Of a DNA stretch of 64,000 nucleotides, positions 1-14,683 are shown piece by piece. The stretch spans positions 310,001-374,000 of the forward strand of contig JAHLTZ010000005.1 of NCBI GenBank assembly GCA_025786725.1, given 5' to 3'. A program made the position numbers and the translations under genes. The first letter of the stretch is position 1. Every line of letters starts with the position of its first letter. A model generated the notes under the pieces. That model did not search any database. It worked only from the letters and a program-made list of their open reading frames with translations, and was not told the origin of the DNA. Origin of the DNA: Syncephalis fuscata S228. Taxonomy: Eukaryota; Fungi; Zoopagomycota.

Positions 1-3000
1 ATGGTCGAGATTTACTAGCAGTTGAAAGAACAAGTAGTCGGTCCTCGTCTAACCACTCACGTTCTTCTTCATTTGATGGTTATACAACAACTACATCGTT
101 AGTTAATATCCATGAGAACTCTACTGCAGGAATAACTAATCCTACTACGACTAACAGTAATAACATTAACATTAACAACAACAATGGTAATACTGCACGT
201 GCTCGGGCTGTCACCTTAGCATCAGGTTTATCAGGTCGCACCGGTCATTCGTCATTCTCGGCGAACAATGAATCAAATTCATACTTTCCTCTACGTTCCA
301 GTATGCCACTATCATTTGCTCCCGAATTCCATAATGATCCATTTCGTAGTCAGCAACGACAAGAGGAACAGCGTAGCTTGTTAACACCATTATCAACGTC
401 GGTATCATCATCGTCAGCCTCTTCACCTATCCCCTATTCTGAACAAACGAATCGTGATCATAGCAGTAAACATCTTATTAACCAAACAGACGATATTGAA
501 CGACGTGGATCACCAGATTCTACCAGTAATTCTGAAACAGAAACTGATACTCTACGTCGACCACTTATTCCCGGTACTGAATCAGCTAAATCTCGTGGTG
601 ATTTCAATATGAATAATAGCAATAATAATAGGCTATCAACAGCTACGGTTAGCACAACGTCTAGAGTTATGATAGGACAGAAGACAGACCAACAACAACA
701 CAGCAACAACGTGATTCATTTGAAGCCATTGTAGTTGATTTCCATCAAAATGATGTACAAGAACCTGATGCCCATGATAAGAATAATGGCCGTACAGTTA
801 CTACTACTCGGACTGTAGATGTTTTACGTCAACAACATGTACTGCTATTAGAGGATGATCTTGATGTAATTAATAGAAAGTGTAACAGTAATAGATAGAT
901 AGCTAATAGGCGATTGATGACCTCTCTAGTTACTTATATCGGCCTATCGATATAATCGTCGTTGGCTATTCTTTTATCGTTGGCCTGTTGCTTCACAGGC
1001 GGTATCTTCTATCTAATTGTACGTTGGATACCTCGATTATGGATCTATTTGGTGGGACAGCCTTGTTTATTAGGTGACGCTGAATGGGCTGTTGTTGAGG
1101 TAGGTCATATGAAGGGTATATTACATGTTACATGAGTTGTTAACCACGTTAATTAATAGAACAATGGAAACAACTAACGGTTGAATCTATTCATCGAGTA
1201 AATTATGGTGGGAAAATGTCTAATGTATTTTCTAACCAAAAGAGTGGTGACAAGGTAAATAGGATTACATTAATACATTATATTAGAAATGTTACTAATA
1301 ATGTTATTATAGATGGGTAATGAAATATTGCATACTATTAATTACTTTGATCATCGGTATATGAGATTTATATATAACCCAAAGTGTCAATTATTTATTC
1401 AAACCAAGTAAGTAATTAGTACATATTAGTAATGTATCATAGCTAATCCTATTATAGCGCATGGACCGATGAGCATTGGACGGATATGAGTATTTGTCGA
1501 CGAGGCATTTCACGGGCAGTTTATCAAGAACGTAAAACTGTATTTGGTTCCAACCTAGTGAATATTGAACAGAAATCAATTATACAATTACTTGTTGATG
1601 AAGTAAGTAACGACTAGATGGCTTTGTAGTATAGCATTGATATTAATGTTGCTATTAGGTGCTACATCCATTTTATATATTCCAAATATTCAGTGTTGTT
1701 CTATGGGGATTTGACGAGTATTACTACTATGCCGCGTGTATTGTTATCATTTCAGCCTTCTCTATTGGTCAAACATTGATAGAGACCCGTCGTAATGTCA
1801 ATCGTATGCGAGATATGGCCCGTTTTGCCTGTGAATTACGTGTATTCCGTGATGGACAATGGTTACAACTCAGTTCAGAAGAGTTAGTGCCGGGTGATTT
1901 AATTGATATCAATGATGTACAAACATACCCGGCTGATTTAATTCTATTAACGGGCGACTGTATTGTTAATGAGAGCATGCTTACCGGTGAAAGTGTACCT
2001 GTATCAAAGACACCTTGTGAATCGAGTGCCATGTCAGGCTATGATCCTATTGCCTCGAATGTCTCTCCTGAACTAGCCCGTCACTTTCTATTTGGTGGTA
2101 CGAAGGCGGTTCGAGTAAGGCCTGGTACAGGCTGGAATAGTCAACCAATAGCAGCGGCCATGGTATTACGTACTGGATTCAATTCTACTAAAGGTGCACT
2201 CGTTCGATCTGTACTCTATCCACGTCCTAATCGATTCAAGTTTTATCGAGACTCTTTCCGCTTTATTGGTGTATTGTCGGCTATTGCGATGATTGGATTT
2301 GCCGCTAGTGTAGCGAATTTCATTCGACTTGGTCTAACCTTTCATCGTATTATTCTACGGGCCTTGGATTTAATCACGGTTGTTGTGCCGCCTGCCCTCC
2401 CTGCCACCCTTTCTATTGGTACCAACTTTGCCATTCATCGATTACGCAAGGCCAACATCTATTGCATTAGTCCACCTCGTGTTAATGTGGCCGGCAAGAT
2501 TAACATTATGTGCTTTGACAAGACGGGCACCCTTACCGAGGATGGATTAGATGTATTAGGGGCACGATCTGTTGATCGATCTACCGGTCAATTCGACTCA
2601 CTAATGGAACAAGCAAAAAAGCTCGTTTGTCCATCGAGTAAAGATGATGCCGCTGCTGATATGCATCTATCATTATTCCACGCTCTTGCCACTTGCCATT
2701 CATTGAAACTAGTTGACAATGAGCTGATTGGTGATCCGTTGGATTTAAAGATGTTTGACTTTACTGGTTGGACGCTTGAAGAAAGCGGTATGGCATCGGC
2801 TGGTGTACCTCGAGCACTGGCCAACAATGAGGCACCAGCAATGTTTGGTGGTATTGTACCAACGGTGGTACGGCCACCCGATACCCATGCTATGGATCTA
2901 TCGGATCTTATCCGTCACACCGATAGTACAACCGGTGAATTAATCGATGAATCAATGGTAGAATTGGGTATTCTACGCTGTTTTGAATTCTCTGCGGCCC

Positions 3001-4872
3001 TTCGACGTATGAGTGTGCTGATTAAACAGCTGGGTCAACACTCTACAGCCGCTTATGTTAAAGGGGCACCTGAAGTGATGAAGGATATTTGTCGACCTGC
3101 TTCTGTACCTAATAACTTTGATAAGTTATTGGCCGAGTATACACATCGTGGCTATCGTGTCATTGCCTGTGCCGGTAAAAGCATGGATCAACTAAGCTGG
3201 GTTAAATCACAGCGTATCAGTCGTGATCAAGTAGAAAGTGACCTTACTTTTCTCGGTTTTATTATCTTTGAAAACAAACTAAAGGCACCTACTGCTGGAG
3301 TAATTGAGACATTACATACCGCGAATATTCGTCAAGTTATGTGTACAGGTAAGCTGAATTTATTTACTAAATAGCGATAATAGATATACTAATGATATAT
3401 TAATGTAACAATATATAGGTGACAATGTATTGACAGCCATTAGTGTATCAAGAGAATGTGGATTAGTACGACCTGAATCGCAAGTTTATGTACCTCGATT
3501 AAACATTAGTAAACAAGGTAAATAATAATAATAACAATAGTATTTAATTAATTCATTAATTATGTTATTAGTTATGATAGAAAATGAACAAATTAATCAT
3601 GATAGTGAATCAGAACAACGAGAAGGTGAATCAACACTATCAACTGTGATTTGGGAGAATGTAGATTCACCTGAATATCGATTGGATCCCTACACATTAC
3701 AAGTACTTGATGTTAATCCGACATTAGTGTCATCACAACAACAACAACGACAACAAACAAATGCCACTGGACGACCACGTTTTAATCCAAGTCGTGATTA
3801 TGAATTGGCCATTACCGGTGAAGTATTCCGTTGGATGGTTGATCATGCACCACGTCAAGTACTGCATCGAATGCTGGTAAAGAGTCCCATCTTTGCTCGT
3901 ATGTCACCAGATGAGAAGCAAGAACTAGTAGAGAAGTTACAAGAACTTGGTTACTGTGTAGGATTCTGTGGTGATGGTGCCAATGACTGTGGTGCATTAA
4001 GAGCCGCAGATGTTGGTGTATCACTGTCAGAGGAAGAAGCCTCGGTGGCTGCACCGTTTACTAGTGCCACAACAGATGTTCGCTGTGTCATTAAAGTGAT
4101 TCGCGAAGGGCGTGCCGCATTGGTAACAAGCTTTAGCTGCTTTAAATTTATGGCACTTTATAGTATGATTCAATTTGTCACTGTTGGTCTGTTGTATACA
4201 TTTGCCTATCAAATGGCCGATCTACAATACCTGTTCATCGATTTGTTTATCATTATGCCCGTGGCCATTTCTATGGGTCGTACGGGTGCCTTCCCTCGTT
4301 TATCGACGCAACGACCAACGGCCAATCTTGTATCGCATAAGGTGTTAGCATCGATCTGTGGTCAGATTGCAGTACAGGCAGGCTTCCAGCTAATTGTCTA
4401 CTATCTTACCGCCAGTCAGCCGTGGTATGTACCGCCACCCACCCCCGATCCCGATGACCCAAATGTGCTATGCTATATCAACTCAACGCTATTTACCATT
4501 TCTTGTTTCCAATATATATTTGTGGCGGCCGTATTTAGTGTAGGGGCACCTTTCCGTCGTTCTATGTTTAGTAATGCATGGTTTATCGTCTCGATGGTCG
4601 CTCTATTTGGTATATCCGTCTATTTAACTGCCTTCCCTTCAGCTACGATTCGTGACTGGATGGAAATGATGCCTATTCCTCTTTCATTTGCGCGTATCCT
4701 ACTCGGTCTTATGGTAGGTATGCTGGCGGTTACTTTCCTCGTTGAATTGTTACTAGCACCGCGTATTGCCCAGCTATCAAAGAAGTGCAAGCTAGCTATT
4801 CGACGCTGGCGAGGTTTACCGGCTAAGGAAGCGCCTAAACCTTACAAAGTGGCCCTTAAATCATTCCGCTAA
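1..4872 (+). CDS. YPK9: P5B-type cation/polyamine-transporting ATPase (ATP13A/Ypk9 family), multi-exon, 5' end runs off the window
   Basis: ORFs 1659-3374 and 3562-4872 contain the P5B PPALP motif, DKTGTLT phosphorylation motif, ESMLTGES, TG|DN split by an intron, and CGDGANDCGAL. Upstream exons (LLEDDLD|LLISAYR..., LVDE|VLHPFYIFQ) are joined by GT-AG introns. The frame is open back to base 3. Apparent 1-nt frameshifts near 700 and 980. Confidence 0.93.
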
Positions 4873-5147
4873 ATGATGCCCTTAATGATTTTGTTACGTT
4901 ACATTTATTCTTTTTACAGTATGAATAGGATTATTAAATAAAATTTTATTTTTAACAACATTTAGTAATTAGTAATTAATGTTAGATGATTAGTGATCAA
5001 TATTAATTTTATGGGTCGGATCAGGTCGTTTTTATTGTCCGAGTTTTCTTTTTCTTTTCTATTGCACGCGGGCGATTTATGCAACAACACTAGATCGTTG
5101 TTAGGCGCTGTAGTAGATTGTTTTAGTTTTTAATAATCACAACAACG

Positions 5148-5653
5148 ATGTCTAATAATATAAACGCTGAGGCAACGCCTGTCGACCCAACCGTTGCTGC
5201 TCTGCTGCTGATACGACAACGGCAACTACTTCGTCCAAAGCGGAGTCTGCGTCGCAAGAGCAAGACACAAGCGCGGCCTATAATGAGGAGACCGGCGAGA
5301 TCAATTGGGATTGTCCTTGTCTCGGCGGTATGGCTGACGGGCCGTGTGGTGAGGAATTCAAAACAGCTTTTAGTTGTTTCGTCTATTCAGAAGCGGAACC
5401 AAAAGGTATGGATTGTGTAGACGCGTTCAAACTGATGCAAGATTGTTTCCGTCGTTACCCCGAAGCCTATGCTGACGAACTAGCCGACGTCGATGACGAG
5501 GAAAACAAAGAACTCGAAGGTCTTGAAGGTCTTGACGATGAGTTTTGGGATGGACCATTGTCGACAAGCGATAAGAATCAACGCTACCATAACGATAACC
5601 ACAACGACGAGGATAGTCTTCAATCGTTGTTGAATGAAACGGCACCGCGATAA
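5148..5653 (+). CDS. MIA40: Mitochondrial intermembrane-space import oxidoreductase Mia40/CHCHD4 (short form, no obvious presequence or TM)
   Basis: [59 protein letters not shown] gives CPC plus twin CX9C. Joining to the ATG at 5148 needs a 1-nt frameshift near 5205. Confidence 0.93.
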
Positions 5654-5885
5654 TCCAATAGTTGAATCAAAAGAATGAGCAGTGCTGTTTTAGCATACAT
5701 GTTTTTATTAATTATAAGTAGCACTGAATAAATGTGCATGATAGCGTCTATATTGATTATTATTCTTTTTCTTCTTATTGTCATGAATAATGTAGCACGG
5801 ATGTAACATTAGTGCTTTTATTAACTAGTCATCATTTGTGTTTAAATAGTACGGTGTTGATTTGCAGGTTGAGTAAATAGTTGGC

Positions 5886-7888
5886 ATGACAACTAGTATA
5901 ATGGTAAATTCAAGTATAGCGTGTAAAATATTAAATAAACTATTTAATATTCATTATTAATTATTAAGATGGAGGATACTGCATTTGAGATAGAGGCAAG
6001 ACGGCAGCTTGCATTAGTGCGAAAGTCAAAATTAATTAATATTTATAAACATTAGAGAATGGAGAGTTGCCCAGTTATGCTCAACTAAATGATTTGTGCA
6101 TGAAATTGAAGATAATCAAACACTAAATGAAATAGCATCTAAATGTCTGTTACGGGCCAAACTCTTTTCGATCTAGTAAAGGTAGTATTTAAAGATACGC
6201 GCGATTATGCGGGAGAAACAAGCACAAGTAATCGTTGGAAGGATATATTAATACCAAATGAACAGCTGACTTCATTATCACAAAGTGAGTATGGGTATTT
6301 ATGTTGTAAATTAGTTGTGTGTTAATCAGCTATCTGAGCAAAGTTTGTGAAGAATATTCACTTAGCCAAACAGATACTGATGCTGATATTCAGACCGACA
6401 TTTCAAGGATACATTTTGTTAATGTGGTGGATCTGCTATTAACATCTATCCACTTTTGTGAATTACTTTTAGAGTTTTACTCTATTTTACATGAAGCTTT
6501 AGCGCTAGAGGGAAATAGACCAGCTAGCGTTAGTTTTACTCCATCCAGCATATGCGGAAATGATGCGGAAGATAGTATAGAAACAATAGCGGAAGATCTT
6601 GAATACCGTCGTTTAAATGTACAGTCTAATCAAGTCTATGATGGATTTTCACGCATTGAAAAAAAGCGAATGGAACTACGTTCGCGCTATAGAATCTTTT
6701 TAAGAAAATTTCAAGATCACCAACAATACCGCGACGCGTTTATCGACATAGTTAAAATTGTTCCAAAAATAGGCTATTGGAAAAAGTATAAAGCCAGTAT
6801 TACTAGCCAGTCAATTGACGACAATAGCGATATAAAGGCGTACCAACAAATATTCCAATTGCTGGAGGAACAAGCAAATAACTTATTGCTACCATTGCTT
6901 GATAGCTCTTCTAATTTATACACTAGAATTGCCAAGGATAAAAAGGCACGAAAATATTGCTGCCAGCTAAGTGAGTTTGTGTTAAGAACATTGCAAGAAC
7001 CAGATTATATGTTTTCAGAACAAGGTGCTCGTAAATACGATGGTTTAATATTTCAATGCTGTCAATATCTTACGTTGGTCATCAAGAATATGTAAAGCAA
7101 GTTGATAATAAGCTTTGGCTATTTATTAAAGCGTTGTTAAAGGATGAAATTGGCGAGAAGCTTTTTACGGATCTAGAGGAGATTATTCAAGTAGCAGTTT
7201 TGGATAGCGATGGACGACCCACCATTAAACTTGATTTAATGCGTGACATTTCATTCTTATTACATCAGTTTTTCTCGCATTTGGAGTTTCTACCACTACC
7301 TAATATTATAACTGATACAAAAAGCACGTATCTTAGTTTGCGAAATATAGTACTACACTGTCCGACTTTACTACCGGAACAACTTACGATACGAGCCGTG
7401 TCTCACGTCAACTTTTCTGGCGAAAATCCAGTAGTTCGTAATTCGGTACGGGTAGTGATTGAGCAGATTAAAGGCGAGGCCAGTGATATTGCATTTCAGT
7501 ATAGAAGTAGACGATTTTCTCGGATAAAACATGAAGGATTAGTAACTGTCAACTTGACGCAAGGAAACGGCATGAGAATTGAGCTTTTAATTACTACGCC
7601 TCAACCGGGCGATGAAGAGACAAAAATAAAATTAAGCTTAGTTTCTGTTAATATGGGACAGTTGAGATTAAGGTTTAAGGGTAAACACCGCTGGTAAGTA
7701 TAAAATAAATTGTATATATTAATGATATTGCATTTTATTAACATAGTTTGCTTTAAAGTTTTGTTTATAGATTAGTAGAACCAACAATTAATATTATTGC
7801 CCGTAAAATGATAGGCAAGTTGATGGCCGATACAATATATCAATGGGCGCGTACACTGGATGAAAAAATGAATCTGCCGGCACATTAA
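5886..7888 (+). CDS. HAM1-like protein (HAM1_N/HAM1_C, DUF4449-type), multi-exon
   Basis: ORFs 6319-7095 and 7056-7697 plus a terminal exon (...FVYRLVEPTINIIARKMIGKLMADTI...PAH*). Segments LDSDGRPTIKLDLMRDI, FLPLPNI, IEQIKGEASDIAFQYRSRRFSRIKHEGLVTVNL and LRFKGKHR resemble the fungal HAM1-like pattern as I recall it. Start codon uncertain (5886 or 5969); frameshift near 7060-7090. Confidence 0.65.
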
Positions 7889-10570
7889 GCGATATTTTAT
7901 GTAAATTAAAACTAGCTAAAGAGAATAATAAAAACAGAGAGTGAATTTAGATGCTGAACTAAATATTATTGTTATTATTGCTTTTATTCAAATATACTTG
8001 GCTAATATCTAAACTAATAGTGTATAGTTTTGTCATTAAATAAATGGTTTATACTAAATGAATATGCGATAGAAACTGTGTAATTAACAATGGCTGTGAT
8101 ACGTTAAAATGTCGTAAAACTAAAGCGTAGTATTATTATTTAACCAATTCGATACTTTGTATTCTGCTAACTTCGTACTACATTAAATATTTCTATTGCT
8201 ATTATTTGTAACCTTGCCGATCCAATTTTAGCTAAACAATTATAGCCAATATTAACTTTGTGCCGAATTGGAACAAGCATTTAATTCGAATTAAAGGTTT
8301 ATTAGTTTTTTATTAGACTATTAGCTTGGTTGCGTGAAGCAAATTAACGAACAATAATTAAACAAAAGCCTGATCAAAAGCAAAACATTGGCTAGACGAT
8401 GTTACAGAAAACATGCGCTGTTATATATTCCAAACACTGATGTAACTGAGTTGATATATTACAATATTAGACAGGCGTCTTCTTAATAAAAAGTTAGTAA
8501 TACCGTTTTGCGATATTCAAAGCAAAACAACCGGACTGCCTGGCAGCACGTTTAAATAAATCTTTGAAACATTGACACGAGATAGCACATGTTACTGGTT
8601 GCCTGATACATATAGCATGCTTGCCGATGTTTGAACACTACACCAATGACGTAAAGTGCCAATTTAAATCGCGCATTTGGATATTGATCAGATGTTTGTA
8701 TTTCTCTCATGCTCAATTATGGAATTTGATTGAGTATTATTGTTCTATAATTGTTCAGCCTATGTTTCTAGAGCTATTTTGACGAATTTAGTCTTTACTT
8801 GCCAATCAGGGACAACTCTAGCGCTGTAGTCCACTATTTACAACGTTTCAATAGCATTTGCTTTTAATACCGCTTTATTCTCCGCCAGTTAAATTTGGAC
8901 GTTTAAAATAGTAGAAAGAAAACTGCTACTTTGTTTATGCTCCCATATAACCCGTTAATGACGCCCCATTATTCATGAAGTTGTTTGTTGCAAACAAGGT
9001 TTCATTTTTAAATGGCACGTTTTTACTCCTATTCATGGTGCCCAAGCGGGTTTGTCATTCATCACTGTGTTGATACTTGCGAATATAAGACCATCCGTTC
9101 GGAGTCTCGTTACAGCCACTCCCCCTTTTACGGCTATCTTTCATGGAGACATTCAAACCACGACCCACCAATTCCATAAAAACTTCACTTAACGCACATT
9201 TACTTTTAAAAACTACTCATTCCTACGTCTGCCTGCCACTTTGCCACTTTACGTTTACACACTAAATAGAACTTCATCCTCCTGCTATTCCAGCCCTGGT
9301 GGCACAGGTAGACATCCATTTCTCTACGACACATTCCACGAGCCAAGTATCACAGAAACGTGCTACTTTGGTAGTTTGGCCGGCCAAATTGCCATTGCCC
9401 TATCGAATTATCAACGGACCTAAATACATCACACAACTACGAATAAACCATAAAAGCAGTGGCTACCATCACGAAACAAAGTAAGCGGAGCCACCTTGTT
9501 TTCATAAAAGCATCATTGGTAAGTAGAGGCGAGAGTAATACTACTGTATAGGCGAGAGTATGTGTGTGAAGGGTGATACACATCTGGTATTCAGCAGCGA
9601 ATTATTCGACAACTAGTATCAGTGTGGAGTACATACAGTTTGTCATATGATAATTGGCCTTATCTCTCCTCGCCTTTCGTAATTGTTTGATGTTCGTATT
9701 TTGTCAATTTATCCGTTAATTGTTGTTGGATTTCTATCGACTGCCAGTGGCGCAGTTGACAGCAGCTATGACCCAGCACAATGCTTAGAATTACTGGCGA
9801 TCTTAACACATCTGCACTTCTATTGTCCGACTATTTCCGTAATAGTCACGTAGTTTGCTGTTTAAAGATGGTTGCATTAACTTGCCACTTGAAACTTCTG
9901 AAAATGGCACGAGTTGTGGCAGTTCTCCTTTAATTGGCCTCGTGCGCTTGTAACACTCAAGCGGGTACTACACAATCGTTTTTTCGATTATTTTACATCG
10001 CCAACGGAGCTTTATGGCATGGTCATTTATCTATCATTTATCGCTTTTTTAAACGCTCAATTACGAACCAATTTTTTCTTAACGACTTTGATTTTTATTC
10101 AACAATTATTTCGCCTGTGGGTTTTTGTTTTCTAGCGTTCCTTCTCCATTATCAATTATCACACTATTTATAAGAATTGGCTTGGGCTTAATAAGCGGTA
10201 TTTCCCATTGTTATCGCGTATAAACTAGTGATTATCGGAGTGGCGATTATCGCTGATTTGCGCATATTGTGATTCGTAAGGTTTCACACCATTTTTTTTA
10301 CTTCAGACATTATTTATACACAGTGAGTGAGTACTTGTCAATGCGTTTTTACACATAGTTTTTATAATTGGTCATTTTTGCTGCACTCTATGATCTATTT
10401 TTGCTTTTGAATTCATCAAACCAGAACCTATTAGCTAATCAACCAGTATTGTCTTTTATTTGAATACCTGCCTACAGTTTAGTTATTTATCCGCAGGCCG
10501 GCATTAAATACTCTAAACGATTTAACGGACATTTCAGTATTAAAGAAAGCATTATTTTTAAATAGCAAAC

Positions 10571-11975
10571 ATGAACAGATTAAACAGCAGCAAACTGAAT
10601 AGCAACAACAGTGCTAGCCGTGCAGGCTCACCATACAGGCTATGTGTGAAGCTTATGCTAATGGCTTATCTACTGGTTGTTTTCATTTATCCATTTTCGC
10701 CCGTTCATGCTCAAACTCAACGCATGCCAGCAAGACAGATGGCAGCATCAGATGATACCATTACTTCAGTAGAACGACAAACCTTTCTACGCTACGGAGT
10801 GCGATGGCTAGATAAGAGTCAAAAGTTTTTTGGTGCCACGCTAAATATCAGCATGGCCAATGCAATTGAAGCTCCTGGCTGGAAGTTTAATTTTCAGTTT
10901 AAGAACCAGGATGTAGGCCTTATGGAGTACTGGGGCAACTGGCAAGCTAACATGTTGACCTCTAACCAGTATGAAGTCTATCCAGAGAATCTGGAACCAG
11001 ACCAGGATGGTGTATACTACTTCAGCTTCAATGGTTACTTTGGCACCGACACAGTGTCAGATGAGCTACTTCGTGGTCTGCAAATTAGCGCATCAACCAT
11101 TTATCCCAAGACGAGTAATCCCATCAATATAACGTCGTTAGGAAGTGCCAACTTTTACAACGCCCCAATTGCTTCAGGCTTGCCAACTGGGCCGTTTGGC
11201 AACTTTTTACGCTCAGAAACCGACAGTTTACAACGAAAGTTTATCACAAGCAACAGAAGCGATGCCAATGGTCTTTCTGTCGAGTCTGCAACTCCCAAGC
11301 CAACAAACCTGCATCCAACACCGGTCTCTACGTCACGTCATCGCTTTTGGGCACATTTATGCTTATTATGGGCGTTGCGACGTTATGAGTTACCGTTCGC
11401 GCAAAACATACCGACATCAGCTTGAAGACAAAAGCAATGAGATGCGCAATCGTCCAGTTGATATCAAACAGCTACCACGATTGGATGCCGATGACAGCAT
11501 TGGCGGTGGCTATGCACCAGTAGTCACGACTCGGCCCACACGCGATCAGCTGTTAACAATTCCAACGAATCCAGATCGCATATCTCGTCGTATCCCGATG
11601 CAATCGATCGATATACAATCACCAATAACAAAGGAAAATCCAGTATTGTTCAATCATCAGCTTTCACCTTTTCCGAGGAAGCCATCTGCGATTAAATCTA
11701 GCTCTCCACTTAGTGCACATCATGTAATTAACGAATATGCGAATAACGGAAGTCATTCCGAGATGAGCGCAATTCTACCTGATGATTTGGAAGAGGTGAC
11801 GGTAGAAACACACTCGGATCGTATGACAATTCTTCCCAATTCACTAAACGGCTCAGCAAATTCTCGCCGTTTTCTAACTTCGGATAGTTATCCGCCACCA
11901 CCAACACTATCTGTTATTCATGATTCATATCATTTGGATAGTATATATGGTCGAAAAAGTAATGGAGAAAAATAA
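10571..11975 (+). CDS. Probable type-I membrane or secreted protein with a CBM2-like extracellular domain and a disordered tail
   Basis: Hydrophobic signal (LMLMAYLLVVFIYPFSPVHA), then FFGATLNISM...GWKFNFQF...EYWGNW...YFSFNG (CBM2/CBM49-like Trp pattern). A putative TM segment lies at the frameshifted junction of ORFs 10571-11425 and 11145-11975, followed by a Ser/Pro-rich tail. Confidence 0.55.
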
Positions 11976-12864
11976 ATGAATATTATTTAGTTGTATGTAT
12001 GTGTGGACAATTGTCAAAAGTGCTAATTATGTTGTAATGAAGTGTATCAGGCAGCAAATAGCTGGTGCGACTTATTCAATTAATAAAACAGCAATATATT
12101 ATAACATTGCGATACAAAGCAAGTTACCAAATAACGTATTACAGCTAATAATACAATCTTTTTTGACATATTTGTTAGTATTATAATTAAATAGGTCCAG
12201 TACAATTGCGTTCACATTAGTCATTTTAACAATAACATTGATGATTTGTTTAAATTGTTTTATTTATGTTACTGTTGTTATTCCACCATATTAACTAATT
12301 TGTTACCGTTTGTTACGTTGAAATTAAATGATTGCATTTGCTAGTATCCGCACAGTTAAACTAAATATTCGCTTTATTAAATGTGAAACTGGACGATGAA
12401 TGGCATTATCATCAATATTAACAATGTATTGTTTTTTATCCATTCATCCGCTTTATAAATACTCTATGTTCTATAAACTATACTTTGTTAATAAAAGTTG
12501 TATCCTTGTTGCTAGTCACTTTGGTGTTTCATATGTATATATAAAATGTAACAAACAAGCGATAATTACCCATACGTTTAGTTGAAAATGTCTTTGTTCT
12601 TTTCCAATGCATTGTGTCTACGTTTTCAAATACACAGGATAATTGCATAGAGTTAGGTTACTTGAAACTTTTTAAATCTTTATTCTAAGAAATGCTTTAT
12701 TCCAGCATATTTCATTCATATAAATAGACCTCTGAATACACTAGAGTCGGTCTATCCTCATATCATTCATTCGTTTTCCCACTCAATTCAATTTTAACAC
12801 GCCTTTATAGAACTCTGCTGGACAGTAGTTTAACGATTATCAATCTGATTATCAATACATCGTC

Positions 12865-13377
12865 ATGCAATCGTCAATCATCGCCGCGTTGCTGCACTCG
12901 TGTTCGCCGCTGCCAATGTATCCGCAGAAGGAAAAGTGCCATGCATTTATCAGATTGGAAAGATACTTGTCAAGCAGAATGCTTAAAGATTGGGCCAAAT
13001 ATCCAATTCAATCGTTGCTACGACTTTAACGAGGCCAATGTGATGTGCAAGTGTAATGACCAAGATTTGACAAGCAAGATAATTGCTATGTTTAAGCCAC
13101 CACAAGCACCGCCACAAGTCCCCTCACAAACTCTCCCACAAGCTCCAATCATCCAGCTCCCCTGTTGTGGAACCCATCAATGAGCCAGTCAATGAACCTA
13201 AACCAATTCCAAAGGTTGATACCCCAGCTCTTCATCTGCTGGTGCAGCTTGTGTACATGGCGCATGGGATTGCGATGGCAATATGGCAAAACTATGCAGC
13301 AACAGCGCTTGGTTTAACATTGGTGCCCTCCAGGAACCCAGTGTGTTAAGTCGGGCACAGCAATTGTCTGCAAATAA
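12865..13377 (+). CDS. Small secreted Cys-rich protein, paralog A: signal + 6-Cys domain + Pro-rich linker + CBM19-like chitin-binding C-terminus
   Basis: ATG CAA TCG TCA ATC ATC at 12865 mirrors paralog B. Shared WKDTCQAECLKIGPNIQFNRCYDFNEAN..C.CNDQ.LTSKI.AMFK. The C-terminal frames read AACVHGAWDCDGNMAKLCSNSAWF..CPPGTQCVKSGTAIVCK*. Several 1-nt frameshifts are needed. Confidence 0.7.
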
Positions 13378-14683
13378 TTAAATGCAAATGTGATTTAATA
13401 AATAGTCGCTTATTTTTTGAATATATTTATAATTATTGTGCAAGTTAATCCAAGTCACAGCTAGCGTAAATAACCAACATATATGGCATAACTAATGCAA
13501 TTTTAAAATCGTGTTTAATTAGCAGTGCTAGCAAGCTTATTTAATGGTTGCTATTCAAATAGTTGACTTTTGAGCAGATATAAAAATAATATTTCTTGCA
13601 GCTGGCTTAGAAATAAAGCATAATATTAACAACTGTAAGTATTTAATTTAATAAAAAATTAAAATCAAATGTGGGCGTATTAAGGCATCATTTGCTTTGT
13701 AAGATGAGTGTTACGCACGGTGTATTTTATTAACAAGTTTAAGAAATTTTGTATTAATATCGTAGCCTGTACACTATTACTGTATTGCCCGGGAAACAAC
13801 ATACACTAACTTTAATATTTATCACGTTGATTAGTATCATATAATAACTTACTTTGGTAGATAGCTTGATAATACACTAATGGTTGTTGGAACCACTTTT
13901 TCTAATTAACCAATAATTGCCACAGCTTAATTAATAAGCTATATAGCTATTTTAACTACTAGTGGGAATGAGATAGTAATCATGTTGATTTAAATAATAG
14001 TTACATTAATGGTGATATATGGTTTACAAACTCTGTTGTGGAAAATAGTAACAGTACTGAGATGGATAAATTCAACACTGAATATTGCATAATATCAATG
14101 TAAAAGTGGTCATCCCTTTGAGTTACAAAATAGCACTTCTGAATCGCCATTGCTCATAGGGGCTGTGTTATATTACAATTCGTTGCTAACTCATCCTGCA
14201 ACCAATTATTATGCTTGCGTATTCAAATTTCAAACAAACGGGCTAATATCACGTCTATCTGTAGACTTTTTGCCGATGTCATGATTGTATTATATCTGTG
14301 CCCTCGTCACTAAAGCGTCATTGGTTATGTTACTGTTTCAAGTTGAAGTAAAGCAGTGTTTTGATCTATTTAACAATGATTCATAGTTGTTGGAAAATAT
14401 CATTCCTTCACGTCCCGAGATGCACGTTGCAATGGAAACTAATAGAAACTAGGTTTTGAGTATGCTCTGGGCCCTCGCAATTTTGATTTTACCACTTCAT
14501 CATTTCAAACGGTATATGTCAATTTATCTCGTTCATTTTAAATAAATAGACAGCAAAATGCTACTTGTTTAGCTATCTTCATAACATCCACTTGCTTTCC
14601 ACACTGACTACAATTCACGTTTACAAAATTCTGCTGGCCAGTACTTTTGATATATTACGAACGATATCATTTCATAAACTAAC

